64,000 bases of DNA from an uncultured Desulfosarcina sp. (GCA_963674945.2 CAXXWQ010000004.1:2912001-2976000), one strand, 5' to 3'; positions 11,970 through 24,172 are shown, numbered from the stretch's first letter. Numbers and translations: made by a program. The notes: a model not told the origin generated them from the letters alone.

Positions 11970-12105
11970 TTCAAACTCCCGATAATTACAAAAATTGGTA
12001 TATTTATTTTATAATATTTCCAGATAGTTTAAAAAAATAACATTTTTTTTTAAATTATTAAGCAATACGTATTGACAGCGGATCTTCTATATGAGAGGTA
12101 TAAAT

Positions 12106-12226
12106 TGCTCTTGACCGCTGTTCATTTAGTCCTCCAGTTGAAGTGAATCGCTGAACCGCATAATGTTGAACCGAAATCCGGATGCTGACGTTGAGCCGAA
12201 AGCCTGGAACGTAAAGAGCGCACCCA
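12106..12226 (+). ncRNA. Putative structured ncRNA, possibly 6S RNA-like
   Basis: Intergenic; 5' GCTCTTGAC pairs with 3' GTAAAGAGC; internal hairpins; TTGAACC, AAGCCTG and GCACCCA elements recall 6S RNAs; upstream TTGACA; followed by a strong hairpin. Confidence 0.45.
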
Positions 12227-12280
12227 TTTAAGAACCCCTGAATCTCCATTTTCGGAAATTCAGGGGTTCTTCATTGGGTG
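12221..12280. terminator. Long hairpin, probable bidirectional terminator between the ncRNA and gyrB
   Basis: AAGAACCCCTGAAT...ATTCAGGGGTTCTT perfect 14-bp stem, extended by CACCCA/TGGGTG. Confidence 0.75.
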
Positions 12281-12303
12281 GTACACAATTAAGAATATGC
12301 CTT

Positions 12304-14700
<2,397 letters not shown>

Positions 14701-14742
14701 CTATTTTTCCGTTGGTTGTGAAATCAATGATCAGATAGGAAG

Positions 14743-15861
14743 TTATATTCTCATGGGCATGATAACGCTGATAAAAGACTTGTCCGTCTCTCCTTCAACG
14801 ATACAAGGATGGCTGCTGTCCATGATATTGAGAACGATTTGATCACCATCGACAACACTCAAGGTGTCCAAAAAAAACTTCGGGTTAAATGCGGCTTCAA
14901 TGGGTTCTCCTGAAAATTCTATTTCCATATCCTCCTTGGATTCACCATAATCCGGATTGGTGGCATTTACCAACAATTTGTTTTCCTCGAAGGTAAAAAC
15001 GGCGCCCTTGTAATTGTCAGTTGCAAGAATCGACATTCGTTTCAGCATTTTACTAAATTTTGTCTTATCCAGTTGGATCAGATAGAATCCATCTTTATTT
15101 AAAATATCACCATATTTTGGAAATTCCCCCTCCAACATCCTGATGATAATCGTCTCTGATTCCTTTTTCACGATGAAATTGCTGTCCTTGATGCCGACTT
15201 GCACCTCACCCTCGATATCAAGGAACTTGGCGACTTCAACCAATCCCTTCTTGGGAATCAACACACCATCGCCAAGGGGCAGCTCACTTTGGGTTTCATA
15301 CACATGGTCCACCGCATTCAGCCTGCTGCCGTCCGTTGATACGATGCGAAGTCGTCTGCTATTACCATCTTCCATTCGTTCCAAGTATACACCGTTGATG
15401 TGCGCCCTTTTTTCATCTCCGGTCGCCGATATAACAACGGATCGATCGATCATTTTCTCGAGAATGAAAGCATCAATGGAGAAAAAATCCACTTCGGTAA
15501 AGTAAGGTGTTTCCGGAAAATCATCCGGATTCATCCCCACAATATGATATTGCACTTTATCGTTTCCGATTTCGATCCATCGATTTTCCACCTCGTTTAC
15601 AAGGATTTCCTCTTCGGGAAATTCCCTAACGATTTCATATAATTTTTTTGCGCTGACCGCCACTGTCCCCTCTTTTTCCACCGTAGCCGGATAGGATCCC
15701 TCGAATCCGGTTTCCAGATCGGTGGCCGTCAGGTGGATGGCGTTTCCCTCGGATCGGATCAGAACATTTTCGGTGATGGAAAGGTTGCTCTTCCGACCGG
15801 TCAATCCCTGTATCTTTGCCAGCACGGTAACGATTTGAAATTTGTTGATAATGAATTTCAT
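14743..15861 (-). CDS. dnaN: DNA polymerase III beta clamp
   Basis: 372 aa; LTATDLE, VSTDGSRL, C-terminal VIMPMRI. Confidence 0.96.
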   Translation of the reverse strand: MKFIINKFQIVTVLAKIQGLTGRKSNLSITENVLIRSEGNAIHLTATDLETGFEGSYPATVEKEGTVAVSAKKLYEIVREFPEEEILVNEVENRWIEIGNDKVQYHIVGMNPDDFPETPYFTEVDFFSIDAFILEKMIDRSVVISATGDEKRAHINGVYLERMEDGNSRRLRIVSTDGSRLNAVDHVYETQSELPLGDGVLIPKKGLVEVAKFLDIEGEVQVGIKDSNFIVKKESETIIIRMLEGEFPKYGDILNKDGFYLIQLDKTKFSKMLKRMSILATDNYKGAVFTFEENKLLVNATNPDYGESKEDMEIEFSGEPIEAAFNPKFFLDTLSVVDGDQIVLNIMDSSHPCIVEGETDKSFISVIMPMRI

Positions 15862-16106
15862 AATATATTTCCTTTATACTATATTGTACTTATAGTAAGG
15901 GCTGACAATAAGCTGATAACTTAGTAAGGATCTAATTTTAAACTATATAATTCTTTTTCCGATTGTTTACAACCAGATGATTTCGTCTTGAAAACTTGAT
16001 CGTTTTCATCATGGAAACCGCTTTTGTTCATAACTAAATAATTATTAACCAAATATCAATATACAAGTGTTCATAGTCATCGTGGCGAAACCTTGACCGT
16101 ATTACA
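15862..16106. promoter_or_regulatory. Probable oriC: DnaA-trio unwinding element plus divergent DnaA boxes
   Basis: On the dnaN sense strand TTATCAGC-TTATTGTCA-GCCCT-TAC TAT AAG TAC AAT, followed by an AT-rich run; further box-like nonamers at 15964, 16025, 16042 and 16068; gene orientation switches near here. Confidence 0.65.
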
Positions 16107-16631
16107 TCATCCCTCCATCCATTTTCGAATTTTCAAAAGGATGGTCTGTTTCCATTGTTCCGATGCTCTCAATTTCAAGTAGGCATTGAACAGGTTGTTG
16201 ATGAGGTTGACTGCCTTTTCGTACAGGTACGCCTTTTCCAATACCATCGCCTCCAAATCCTCTTTTTTCTCCATGGGACCGGTTTCGGGGACTTTGAGGC
16301 CTGAAAAGCTAAGGCTTTCCCCTTTTAAGGTGAAGGCCCATTGTTGATTTTCCGAGGCGCAGGAAAGGTTGATCTCAACCACGACGGCGCCTTTTCGAAG
16401 GGCCAGAAAACCCTCTTCCAAGCCGGCGTCATCTCCTTTAATGGTGATCACCTCGGTGGCTTCGTTGTGGGTGTTCTCCAGAACAATACGATTGCCCAAA
16501 TACAAAGAGGTGAGACTTTCATCCAAGGATTGAAAAAAAGACTGGTTGGTCTCGATGGTAAACCACAACCAAGTTAAAAATTCGTTTCCGATAAATTTGT
16601 ATCGGTTGTATGCAACGGCTACGTCGAGCAT
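16107..16631 (-). CDS. RdgC C-terminal-half-like protein
   Basis: FIGNEFLTWLWF...LALRKGAVVVEINL...WAFTLKGE; co-oriented, 10 bp downstream of the RdgC N-half gene. Confidence 0.6.
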   Translation of the reverse strand: MLDVAVAYNRYKFIGNEFLTWLWFTIETNQSFFQSLDESLTSLYLGNRIVLENTHNEATEVITIKGDDAGLEEGFLALRKGAVVVEINLSCASENQQWAFTLKGESLSFSGLKVPETGPMEKKEDLEAMVLEKAYLYEKAVNLINNLFNAYLKLRASEQWKQTILLKIRKWMEG

Positions 16632-16641
16632 CGCGGATGGT

Positions 16642-17256
16642 TCACTCCATGAATCGGGTTGGGGTTAATTGAAAGATGGCGTCCTTTTCCGCTTCCGACA
16701 AAGGTGAGGTCAATGCCGCCATGGTGTAGGGAAATAACCGAATCAATTTAACATTAAAAGAGCGGGCAAAGAGTGTCTCCAACTCCTCGTTGGCGCCCTT
16801 CAGATTGGAAAAGAACCAAAGATGGTTTTCCTCATAATTCCATATGAGATCGTAAATATTCGGTGTTGCGGGAATCCGAAGGTATAAGACGTTTAAAACG
16901 TGTTCCCTGATCTCCTTTTTTTCGGTTTTGCTCAAAAAATCCCGACCGCTATTTTTCAGTCGTTTTTTCATTTCCAGGTGATAGTGCTTCTGGACAATCT
17001 TGGCTGGGATGTTTTTTTTGTCGATTCGCATGGAAAAAACAAGGTGGGTTCCGATCAGAAAAGGGGATTGATCGAAATCGGAGCTGAAGGGATCATTAAA
17101 ACAAGTCCAGCCGATGGCCTTGTCCGCAGCATCGTTGTCGATCTCTTCGATTGTATTTTTTTTCAGACCACGGGACACGGTCTCCATGATCGGTTCGGAT
17201 AGTTTTCCTTCCACGTGATATTGGGTAATGGAAGCGGACGACGATAAGATCCCCAT
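16642..17256 (-). CDS. RdgC N-terminal-half-like protein
   Basis: AIGW...FSMRIDKKNIPAKIVQK...GRDFLSKTEKKEIREHV resembles the RdgC N-terminal region. Confidence 0.7.
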   Translation of the reverse strand: MGILSSSASITQYHVEGKLSEPIMETVSRGLKKNTIEEIDNDAADKAIGWTCFNDPFSSDFDQSPFLIGTHLVFSMRIDKKNIPAKIVQKHYHLEMKKRLKNSGRDFLSKTEKKEIREHVLNVLYLRIPATPNIYDLIWNYEENHLWFFSNLKGANEELETLFARSFNVKLIRLFPYTMAALTSPLSEAEKDAIFQLTPTRFME

Positions 17257-17430
17257 ATTTATATCCTATTTATTTAAAATAAAAACAAGTATATATAACA
17301 TTTTTAAATTTGTTTTTCAAGCTGTTTTTATTATTCTTGGTGAGTTGACAAAACAGGGTGGATGGTCCAAAACGTCATACATCACCCTATTCGCTGCAAT
17401 ATGGATTTACAAAGTTGAGTTATGTGAGCC

Positions 17431-20400
17431 ATGGTAACCAAACCCTTTATCGCCGATCTTCATATCCATTCGAAATATTCCCGTGCAACGGCGCGCAACC
17501 TCGATCTGGAAAATATTTACATATGGGCCCAGCGAAAAGGTATAACGGTGGTGGGAACCGGGGATTTTACCCATCCCGAATGGTTCGATCAGTTAAAGGA
17601 GAAACTGGAACCAGCAGAACCCGGTTTGTATCGTCTGAAACCGGATATCGCTTCTCGTTGCGACGAAGAGGTGCAGACCTCGTGCCGCGGTATCGTGCGC
17701 TTCATGCTCACCTGTGAGATCAGTAACATCTATAAAAGAGAAGGACATACGCGAAAAAATCATAATCTGGTATTCTTTTCCGAAATGGCTGACGTGGAAA
17801 AATTCAATTCCCGACTGGAAGAGATCGGAAACATTCGCTCCGACGGACGGCCCATATTGGGATTGGACGCCCGCAATCTATTGGAGATCGTTTTGGAGAC
17901 TTCCGATGAAGGATATCTGGTTCCCGCGCATATCTGGACGCCCTGGTTTTCCATGTTGGGCTCGAAGTCGGGATTCGATTCCATCGAAGCGTGTTTTTCT
18001 GATCTTCGTTCCCACGTATTTGCGGCAGAAACAGGACTTTCTTCGGATCCTGCAATGAACTGGCGTGTGTCCGACCTGGACGGGTTGACCCTGATCTCCA
18101 ATTCCGATGCCCATTCCCCTTCGAAACTGGGAAGGGAGGCGAACCGATTTACCACTTCTTTGGATTACCATGCCATGCGATCGGCGCTGGAAACGGGAGA
18201 TGGATTTGCCGGTACCTTTGAATTTTATCCGGAAGAGGGAAAATATCATGTCGACGGGCATCGAAAGTGCGAGATCGCCTTCACCCCTGCGCAGACCCGG
18301 TCCCACAAGGGAATCTGTCCCGTATGCCAAAGACCTTTGACCCTCGGCGTGCTTCACCGAGTGGTTGATTTGTCGACCCGGCCCGAAGGCGTCAGGCCGA
18401 AACGGTCCTTTCCCTTTCACCGCCTCATACCTCTGGACGATCTTTTATCGGAGATTTTACGGGTGGGTGTGCAATCCAAAAAAGTCAAACAAAATTACCA
18501 GATCCTTTTGGAAAAACTGGGAAGTGAATTTTCCATTCTCCACGATCTGGAAAAAGAGATCATCGAAACCGCCGGTATTCCTTTGCTGGCAGAAGCCATA
18601 GAACGAATGCGTGACAACCGGGTAAATTTTTCTCCCGGATTTGACGGACAATATGGAACGGTTCGGATTTTCTCTGAACAGGAACGAAAACAACTGTTGG
18701 GGCAACGCATGCTTTTTGCCAATTTCGAGAAACAATGCGATTCATCAAAGGCGGAAAAAGAGAAAATTCCTTGTTCCACCGGTGCATTTTCGTCCTGTTC
18801 GATTCCGCGGGAAAATCGTATTGAAAATACGCATTCTTTTGGTTTGAATGCGGACCAGCAACAGGCCGTTGACCACGATAAAGGATCTCTCATGATCGTG
18901 GCGGGGCCGGGAACGGGCAAAACGCGCACCCTTACCCATAAGATCGCCCGATGCATCCAAGATGGCACCGATGCCGAAAAAATCCTCGCAGTGACATTTA
19001 CCAACAAGGCTGCGACGGAAATGAAGGAACGACTCACCGATCTCATTTCCCGGGACATTCCTGTTCCCTTCGTCGGAACCTTTCATGGACTGGGATATGA
19101 AATCCTGCGCAGTTGTTCAGACGATGCACCACCTGTAATCGTGGATGAACGGATGCGAAAAGATCTGGTAAGAGATGCCATTGTCTTGGGGGGAATTTCC
19201 AATTCGACTGCGAACAAGGAAATCAAGGATATTCTCGCGCGGATTGCCTTGGCCAAACAAAGGATGAAAGCCAGTGATGACCAACTGGACGGCATCTGCC
19301 CTTCCGACCGATTAGATGTATTTTCGAAATGTTATCAAATTTATGAGCATCTTCTTCGTTTTCAGGGACTCGTGGATTTCGAAGACCTGATTTTCAGAAC
19401 CGTAAAATCCCTTCAGACAGATCCCAAAGCACGTAGAAAATACATCGGTCGTTACGAATACCTTTTCGTCGATGAATACCAGGATATCAACGCCGGTCAA
19501 TATCGATTGGTGCGGTTACTTGCCGGCGATCATGCAAAGGTATGTATTATCGGTGATCCGGATCAGGCCATCTACGGATTCAGGGGATCGGACGTAAAAT
19601 GTTTTTCCTGGTTCATGAACGATTTTCCCGATGCCCGTCCCATTTACCTGAAGCGAAACTACCGGTCGACAACAACGATTCTGGACATATCCACCCAGGT
19701 CATCCAACGAAATCCGGAAATACAAGCCATTGGAGGCCGTAAACAGATATTTTCGGATGTGGCCGGAAACCGCACGATCCAGTTTATCAGTGCAGTTTCC
19801 GAAAAGGCGGAGGCCGTCGCCATCGGAAAGACCATCGAAACGATGATGGGCGGTACCAGTTTTTTCAGTATGGACACGGAGGCGGTGGACAGCACCAACA
19901 AGACCCCCGCATTCGGTTTTTCAGACTTTGCCGTGTTATGCCGCACCCGTCGCCAGGGACATTGCCTGATGGACGTTCTGGAAAAAGCGGGTATTCCCTG
20001 CCAGATGGTCGATCGAAACGGGGTATTGGACCATCCGGGAATTCAGGCGGTGCTCTCTTTGTTCAGGCTGATTTGCCTCGAACCCCTTTTCGCCGATCTT
20101 CATCATGTATCGGAAATATTCAAGCCGTCGTTATCGAAACCGACCATCGAAATCGTAAAGAATTGGTCATATACCAATGATCTTTCCTGTTCCATGGCTC
20201 TGGAACAGGCACGGCGGTTGCCAATTCCGGATCTGGGACGATCGAGACAAAAGCAACTCTATGAAATTACGAGAAAATTAAATGAATGTAGGGAAAACTT
20301 CAAAGAATCCACCATAGATGCGGTACTCGGATGGATTTTGGATCGGATGCGCAATGGAAGAAAAATGGAAGGGGATCGATCGTTCGAAAAGGGTCGAGCC

Positions 20401-20832
20401 CACGTAATGGATACCGCACGGTCCCATGGCACGGATGGAAATGGTTTCATGTCCGCCGTTGCATTGACCGGAGATACGGACGTTTACGACCACCGGGCGG
20501 AAAAGGTGGCGCTGATCACCATGCATGCCGCCAAGGGATTGGAATTTCCCGCCGTTTTTATTTGCGGCTGCGAAGAGGGGTGGATTCCCTATGAATCCCA
20601 TACGCTCCCGGTAAATGAAGACGAAGAGCGACGACTCTTCTATGTGGCCTTGACCCGGGCCAAAAGGCACCTGTTTCTGACAAAGGCGGACAAAAGAAAA
20701 ATCAATGGCAGCCTGCTTTCTCGAAAATGGTCACCCTTTGCAAAAGATATCGAAAACCGATACAAATCCTTTTCCGGTTCCACTTCGAAAAAAACAGAAA
20801 AGCCGACCCAGACGCAGCTTTCACTCTTTTGA
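17431..20832 (+). CDS. Endonuclease Q-like PHP domain fused to a UvrD/REP SF1 helicase, with a C-terminal beta-clamp motif
   Basis: ADLHIHS, GTGDFTHP, PAHIWTP, SNSDAHS, HRKC...CPVC; helicase motifs AGPGTGKT, TFTNKAA, DEYQD, GDPDQAIYGFRG, NYRS, HAAKGLEF, EERRLFYVALTRAK; ends QLSLF. Confidence 0.92.
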   Translation: MVTKPFIADLHIHSKYSRATARNLDLENIYIWAQRKGITVVGTGDFTHPEWFDQLKEKLEPAEPGLYRLKPDIASRCDEEVQTSCRGIVRFMLTCEISNIYKREGHTRKNHNLVFFSEMADVEKFNSRLEEIGNIRSDGRPILGLDARNLLEIVLETSDEGYLVPAHIWTPWFSMLGSKSGFDSIEACFSDLRSHVFAAETGLSSDPAMNWRVSDLDGLTLISNSDAHSPSKLGREANRFTTSLDYHAMRSALETGDGFAGTFEFYPEEGKYHVDGHRKCEIAFTPAQTRSHKGICPVCQRPLTLGVLHRVVDLSTRPEGVRPKRSFPFHRLIPLDDLLSEILRVGVQSKKVKQNYQILLEKLGSEFSILHDLEKEIIETAGIPLLAEAIERMRDNRVNFSPGFDGQYGTVRIFSEQERKQLLGQRMLFANFEKQCDSSKAEKEKIPCSTGAFSSCSIPRENRIENTHSFGLNADQQQAVDHDKGSLMIVAGPGTGKTRTLTHKIARCIQDGTDAEKILAVTFTNKAATEMKERLTDLISRDIPVPFVGTFHGLGYEILRSCSDDAPPVIVDERMRKDLVRDAIVLGGISNSTANKEIKDILARIALAKQRMKASDDQLDGICPSDRLDVFSKCYQIYEHLLRFQGLVDFEDLIFRTVKSLQTDPKARRKYIGRYEYLFVDEYQDINAGQYRLVRLLAGDHAKVCIIGDPDQAIYGFRGSDVKCFSWFMNDFPDARPIYLKRNYRSTTTILDISTQVIQRNPEIQAIGGRKQIFSDVAGNRTIQFISAVSEKAEAVAIGKTIETMMGGTSFFSMDTEAVDSTNKTPAFGFSDFAVLCRTRRQGHCLMDVLEKAGIPCQMVDRNGVLDHPGIQAVLSLFRLICLEPLFADLHHVSEIFKPSLSKPTIEIVKNWSYTNDLSCSMALEQARRLPIPDLGRSRQKQLYEITRKLNECRENFKESTIDAVLGWILDRMRNGRKMEGDRSFEKGRAHVMDTARSHGTDGNGFMSAVALTGDTDVYDHRAEKVALITMHAAKGLEFPAVFICGCEEGWIPYESHTLPVNEDEERRLFYVALTRAKRHLFLTKADKRKINGSLLSRKWSPFAKDIENRYKSFSGSTSKKTEKPTQTQLSLF

Positions 20833-20856
20833 TAGAGAAACAGCTTCGAATATAAG

Positions 20857-21756
20857 ATGAAAACCGACAACCTAATTCAATTCAATCCATCGAAACAGCT
20901 TTTACAGAAAGCCTGGAATATCGTCAACGATGTGGAATTTTTTCTTTCCAATGCAAACAGTTCCGTTGACTGCCTGATCGACGCCCTGTCATGGGCGGAC
21001 GTTTCCTTGAAATTGAAAATCGTTCCTTTGTTGGGGCTTTCCGGACAAGAGAGGGTGCTCGAACCCCTTTATGGGCTCGTCGTGAATTCCCGGCAAGACG
21101 AACGGGTTCGTCAGATGGCGGCAGTACAGCTATCAATCGCCGTTTCTCGGTGTTGCAACGATCCGTCGGACTTACGAAAACGGCTCATCACGGGTCTTTC
21201 CCATCAAGACGGCGCCATACGGGAAAACTGTGCCCTGGCATTGGGATGGGAGGGAAACATCGAGGCGGTAAAAGACCTCGTTCAATGCCTGAACGATCCT
21301 GACCGAGGTGTTCAATCCGCCGCTGTCTCTGCCCTTTCCTCCGTGGATGACGATCGCGTTTTCGATTTGTTGATCAACAGGCTTTCTGTCGGTATTTTTG
21401 AGGAAAAGCGGAATATATTGCTCCATCTGTGGCGATTTGCGAGAAAAAGATCCCAGGTGGCATCGGTGTATATCGATCACCTGGAGGATCTGGATAACGA
21501 CTTACGAATGGATGCCCTTTTCGGTATGGCCATGATTCCCCCCTCGTCGAAGATCTTGGACGCGTACCGAAAAATTGTAACCAATGAAAAAGGGGCGATT
21601 CTTCGACGAGTGTTGGAGAATCTATCCGGAATGGATCCCTTCGTAACGAAATCGTTTGAGGACGTTCTTCGGAATCTGGCCAGCGACCCGGATGCCAGGA
21701 TTCGGCAATTGGCGATCCGTATTGTTTCCAGTCCCGTTTCAGGCAAATGGTCTTGA
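20857..21756 (+). CDS. HEAT/PBS-lyase repeat protein
   Basis: Repeated units such as IRENCALALG, LNDPDRGVQSAAVSAL and DPDARIRQLAI. Confidence 0.8.
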   Translation: MKTDNLIQFNPSKQLLQKAWNIVNDVEFFLSNANSSVDCLIDALSWADVSLKLKIVPLLGLSGQERVLEPLYGLVVNSRQDERVRQMAAVQLSIAVSRCCNDPSDLRKRLITGLSHQDGAIRENCALALGWEGNIEAVKDLVQCLNDPDRGVQSAAVSALSSVDDDRVFDLLINRLSVGIFEEKRNILLHLWRFARKRSQVASVYIDHLEDLDNDLRMDALFGMAMIPPSSKILDAYRKIVTNEKGAILRRVLENLSGMDPFVTKSFEDVLRNLASDPDARIRQLAIRIVSSPVSGKWS

Positions 21757-21766
21757 TCAATCACCG

Positions 21767-24172
21767 CTACATGTCGGATTTGAAAAACGATTCGGCATCC
21801 ACGATGGTATCCGGTCGCTTCGTGTATTCGGTGGGAACGGTGCCTTCTTTGAAACACTCAAACCGGGTTTTTTTCGATTCGGGAATGGGCAACAGTCCCG
21901 TTTCCGCATCGATTTTTGCGAAAACCACCCCCTTTGGCACCTGAAACACTCTTTCCGGCAGGCCTTTGTGTACGGCCTCCATGAATCCCAACCAGATGGG
22001 GCTTGCGGTTCGGGATCCGGTTTCTCCTCTTCCCATGGGACGTCCGTTGTCAAACCCCACCCATACGCCGGATATGAATTGTGGGGTATAGCCCATGAAC
22101 CACGCATCCTGAAGATCGTTGGTGGTTCCTGTTTTTCCGGCAACCGGCCTATTCAGTGCCCTGACCCTTCTGCCTGTTCCCTCCTTGACGACGCTTTCCA
22201 GCAGACTGGTCATGATATAGGCCGTACTTTTATCGATGACCCGCTCCCGGGAAGGGCTCATCTCTTCGAGAATATTGCCGTACCGATCTTCGATTTTGGT
22301 GATGAAGGCCGGTTGTACCAAATACCCCTGATTGGCAAATACGGCATAGGCATTGACGAGTTCAAGCAAAGACACCCCGGACGAGCCCAATGCAATGGAA
22401 AGGTCCCGGGACAATTCACTCTCGATTCCCAGTCTCCTTGCGTAATTGATGCAATAGTCTATGCCGATATCCTGTAGAATCTTTATTGTGACAACGTTTC
22501 TCGACTTGGCCAACGCCTCGCGAAGCAAGGTGGGACCGTAGAATTTTTTTCCGTAGTTTTTCGGTTTCCAGGTAAAATCGCTGGTTTCGTCCGTAAAGAC
22601 AATGGGAGAGTCGATGATCTCCGTTGCAGGGGTGTATCCCTTGTCCAGGGCCGCCGCGTAGATGATGGGTTTGAAGGCGCTGCCCGGCTGTCTACGGGAT
22701 TGAATGGCCCGGTTGAACTGACTCTGCATGAAATCACGGCCGCCGACCATGACCTTCACCAGTCCGGTTTCCGCTTCGATGCACAATAGGGCGCTTTGGG
22801 CATCTGGAACCTGATCCAAGGTCAGTTTCCACAGATCACCGTCATCGGTCTTTTCTTCCAGCCGCACGAGGATGACGTCTCCGGTCTTTAGCACATTACT
22901 GATCTTTCGCACGGGATCTTGTCGCATGGTCCGGTTGACATTGGGTTTTCTTGCCCAACGCATATCCTTCAGGAAAATGGCTCCCTGGTCGTTCCCCATG
23001 CGGACGGTTGCGGTCCCGGCGGCATCATCAATGTCGATGATGACGCCACGAACGGAGGATCCCTCGGTCAGCGGTGTTTCTTCGAAGGTAAGTTGCAGCA
23101 TCTCGCTAAATTGTTCGATTTCTTCCGGCGTCAGGTGTTCTTCCGGTCCTCTGTATCCCTGGCGCCGGTCCAGGTCCCGGAGCCCCTTTTCAATCTCCTT
23201 GCGTGCGGCCTTTTGCATCTCGATGTTCACGGCCGCGTATATTTTCAGTCCCTGTGTGTAAAGAGCCTCTTTTCCATACTTTTTTTCCACGTAACGGCGA
23301 ACATGTTCCGTATAGATGGGCACCTGTTCGATGTACCAGTTCCGTCTGGGCTTGATATCCATTTTGATGTCAATGGCTTCGGTAACCGCTGCATTATCGA
23401 TGAACCCTTCTTCCAGCATTCGGTTCAACACGTATATTTGCCGCTGTTTTGCCCGTTCGGGATACCGAAACGGTGAGTAACGGCTGGGTGCCTGGGGAAG
23501 TCCGGCCAAAATGGCGCATTCTGCCAAGTTCAGCTCACTGACCGATTTTCCAAAGTAGTTTTCCGCCGCCGCTTCCACACCGTATGCGCCGTGCCCCAGA
23601 TAGATTTGGTTCAAATATAGGTAGAGGATCTCTTCCTTGGTCAGGGCCTTGTCGATCTTATACGCCAAAATGGCTTCCTTGATCTTTCGTTCATAGCTTC
23701 GCTCCGGTGAAAGCAGAAAGGATTTGGTAACCTGCTGGGTGATGGTGCTTCCCCCCTGAACGATGGCCCCTGCCTCCAGATTTTTAATGAAGGCCCGGAT
23801 GATACTCAAAAAGTCGATGCCGTTGTGCGTGTAGAAGCGGGCATCTTCCGCTGCGACGAAAGCCTGTTGAAGCGTAAGTGGGATTTTCGACAAGGGAACG
23901 ACGATGCGCCGTTCCTTGTAGAACTCGGCAATTTTGCGGTTGTCGTCCGAATATACGGTGGTGATGATGGAAGGGTGGTAATCGGTCAAGGACGTGATTT
24001 TGGGGAGGTCCTTGCTCAAATAGTAGTATACGGCGACTGCGGCCGCAGCGCCGGCGATGACAAATAAACAGGCGATCACAAGAGACCATTTGATCAGCCT
24101 GCCGATCAATCCGTTTGATTTTCGGCGGGCCCGCTTTCTTAAAATTTGTGATGTACTTTTTTCTTTGGACAT
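21767..24172 (-). CDS. mrcA: Penicillin-binding protein 1A
   Basis: EDARFY, QGGSTITQQ, RKIKE, RQPGSAFKP (SxxK), SRN, KTGT. Confidence 0.95.
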   Translation of the reverse strand: MSKEKSTSQILRKRARRKSNGLIGRLIKWSLVIACLFVIAGAAAAVAVYYYLSKDLPKITSLTDYHPSIITTVYSDDNRKIAEFYKERRIVVPLSKIPLTLQQAFVAAEDARFYTHNGIDFLSIIRAFIKNLEAGAIVQGGSTITQQVTKSFLLSPERSYERKIKEAILAYKIDKALTKEEILYLYLNQIYLGHGAYGVEAAAENYFGKSVSELNLAECAILAGLPQAPSRYSPFRYPERAKQRQIYVLNRMLEEGFIDNAAVTEAIDIKMDIKPRRNWYIEQVPIYTEHVRRYVEKKYGKEALYTQGLKIYAAVNIEMQKAARKEIEKGLRDLDRRQGYRGPEEHLTPEEIEQFSEMLQLTFEETPLTEGSSVRGVIIDIDDAAGTATVRMGNDQGAIFLKDMRWARKPNVNRTMRQDPVRKISNVLKTGDVILVRLEEKTDDGDLWKLTLDQVPDAQSALLCIEAETGLVKVMVGGRDFMQSQFNRAIQSRRQPGSAFKPIIYAAALDKGYTPATEIIDSPIVFTDETSDFTWKPKNYGKKFYGPTLLREALAKSRNVVTIKILQDIGIDYCINYARRLGIESELSRDLSIALGSSGVSLLELVNAYAVFANQGYLVQPAFITKIEDRYGNILEEMSPSRERVIDKSTAYIMTSLLESVVKEGTGRRVRALNRPVAGKTGTTNDLQDAWFMGYTPQFISGVWVGFDNGRPMGRGETGSRTASPIWLGFMEAVHKGLPERVFQVPKGVVFAKIDAETGLLPIPESKKTRFECFKEGTVPTEYTKRPDTIVDAESFFKSDM

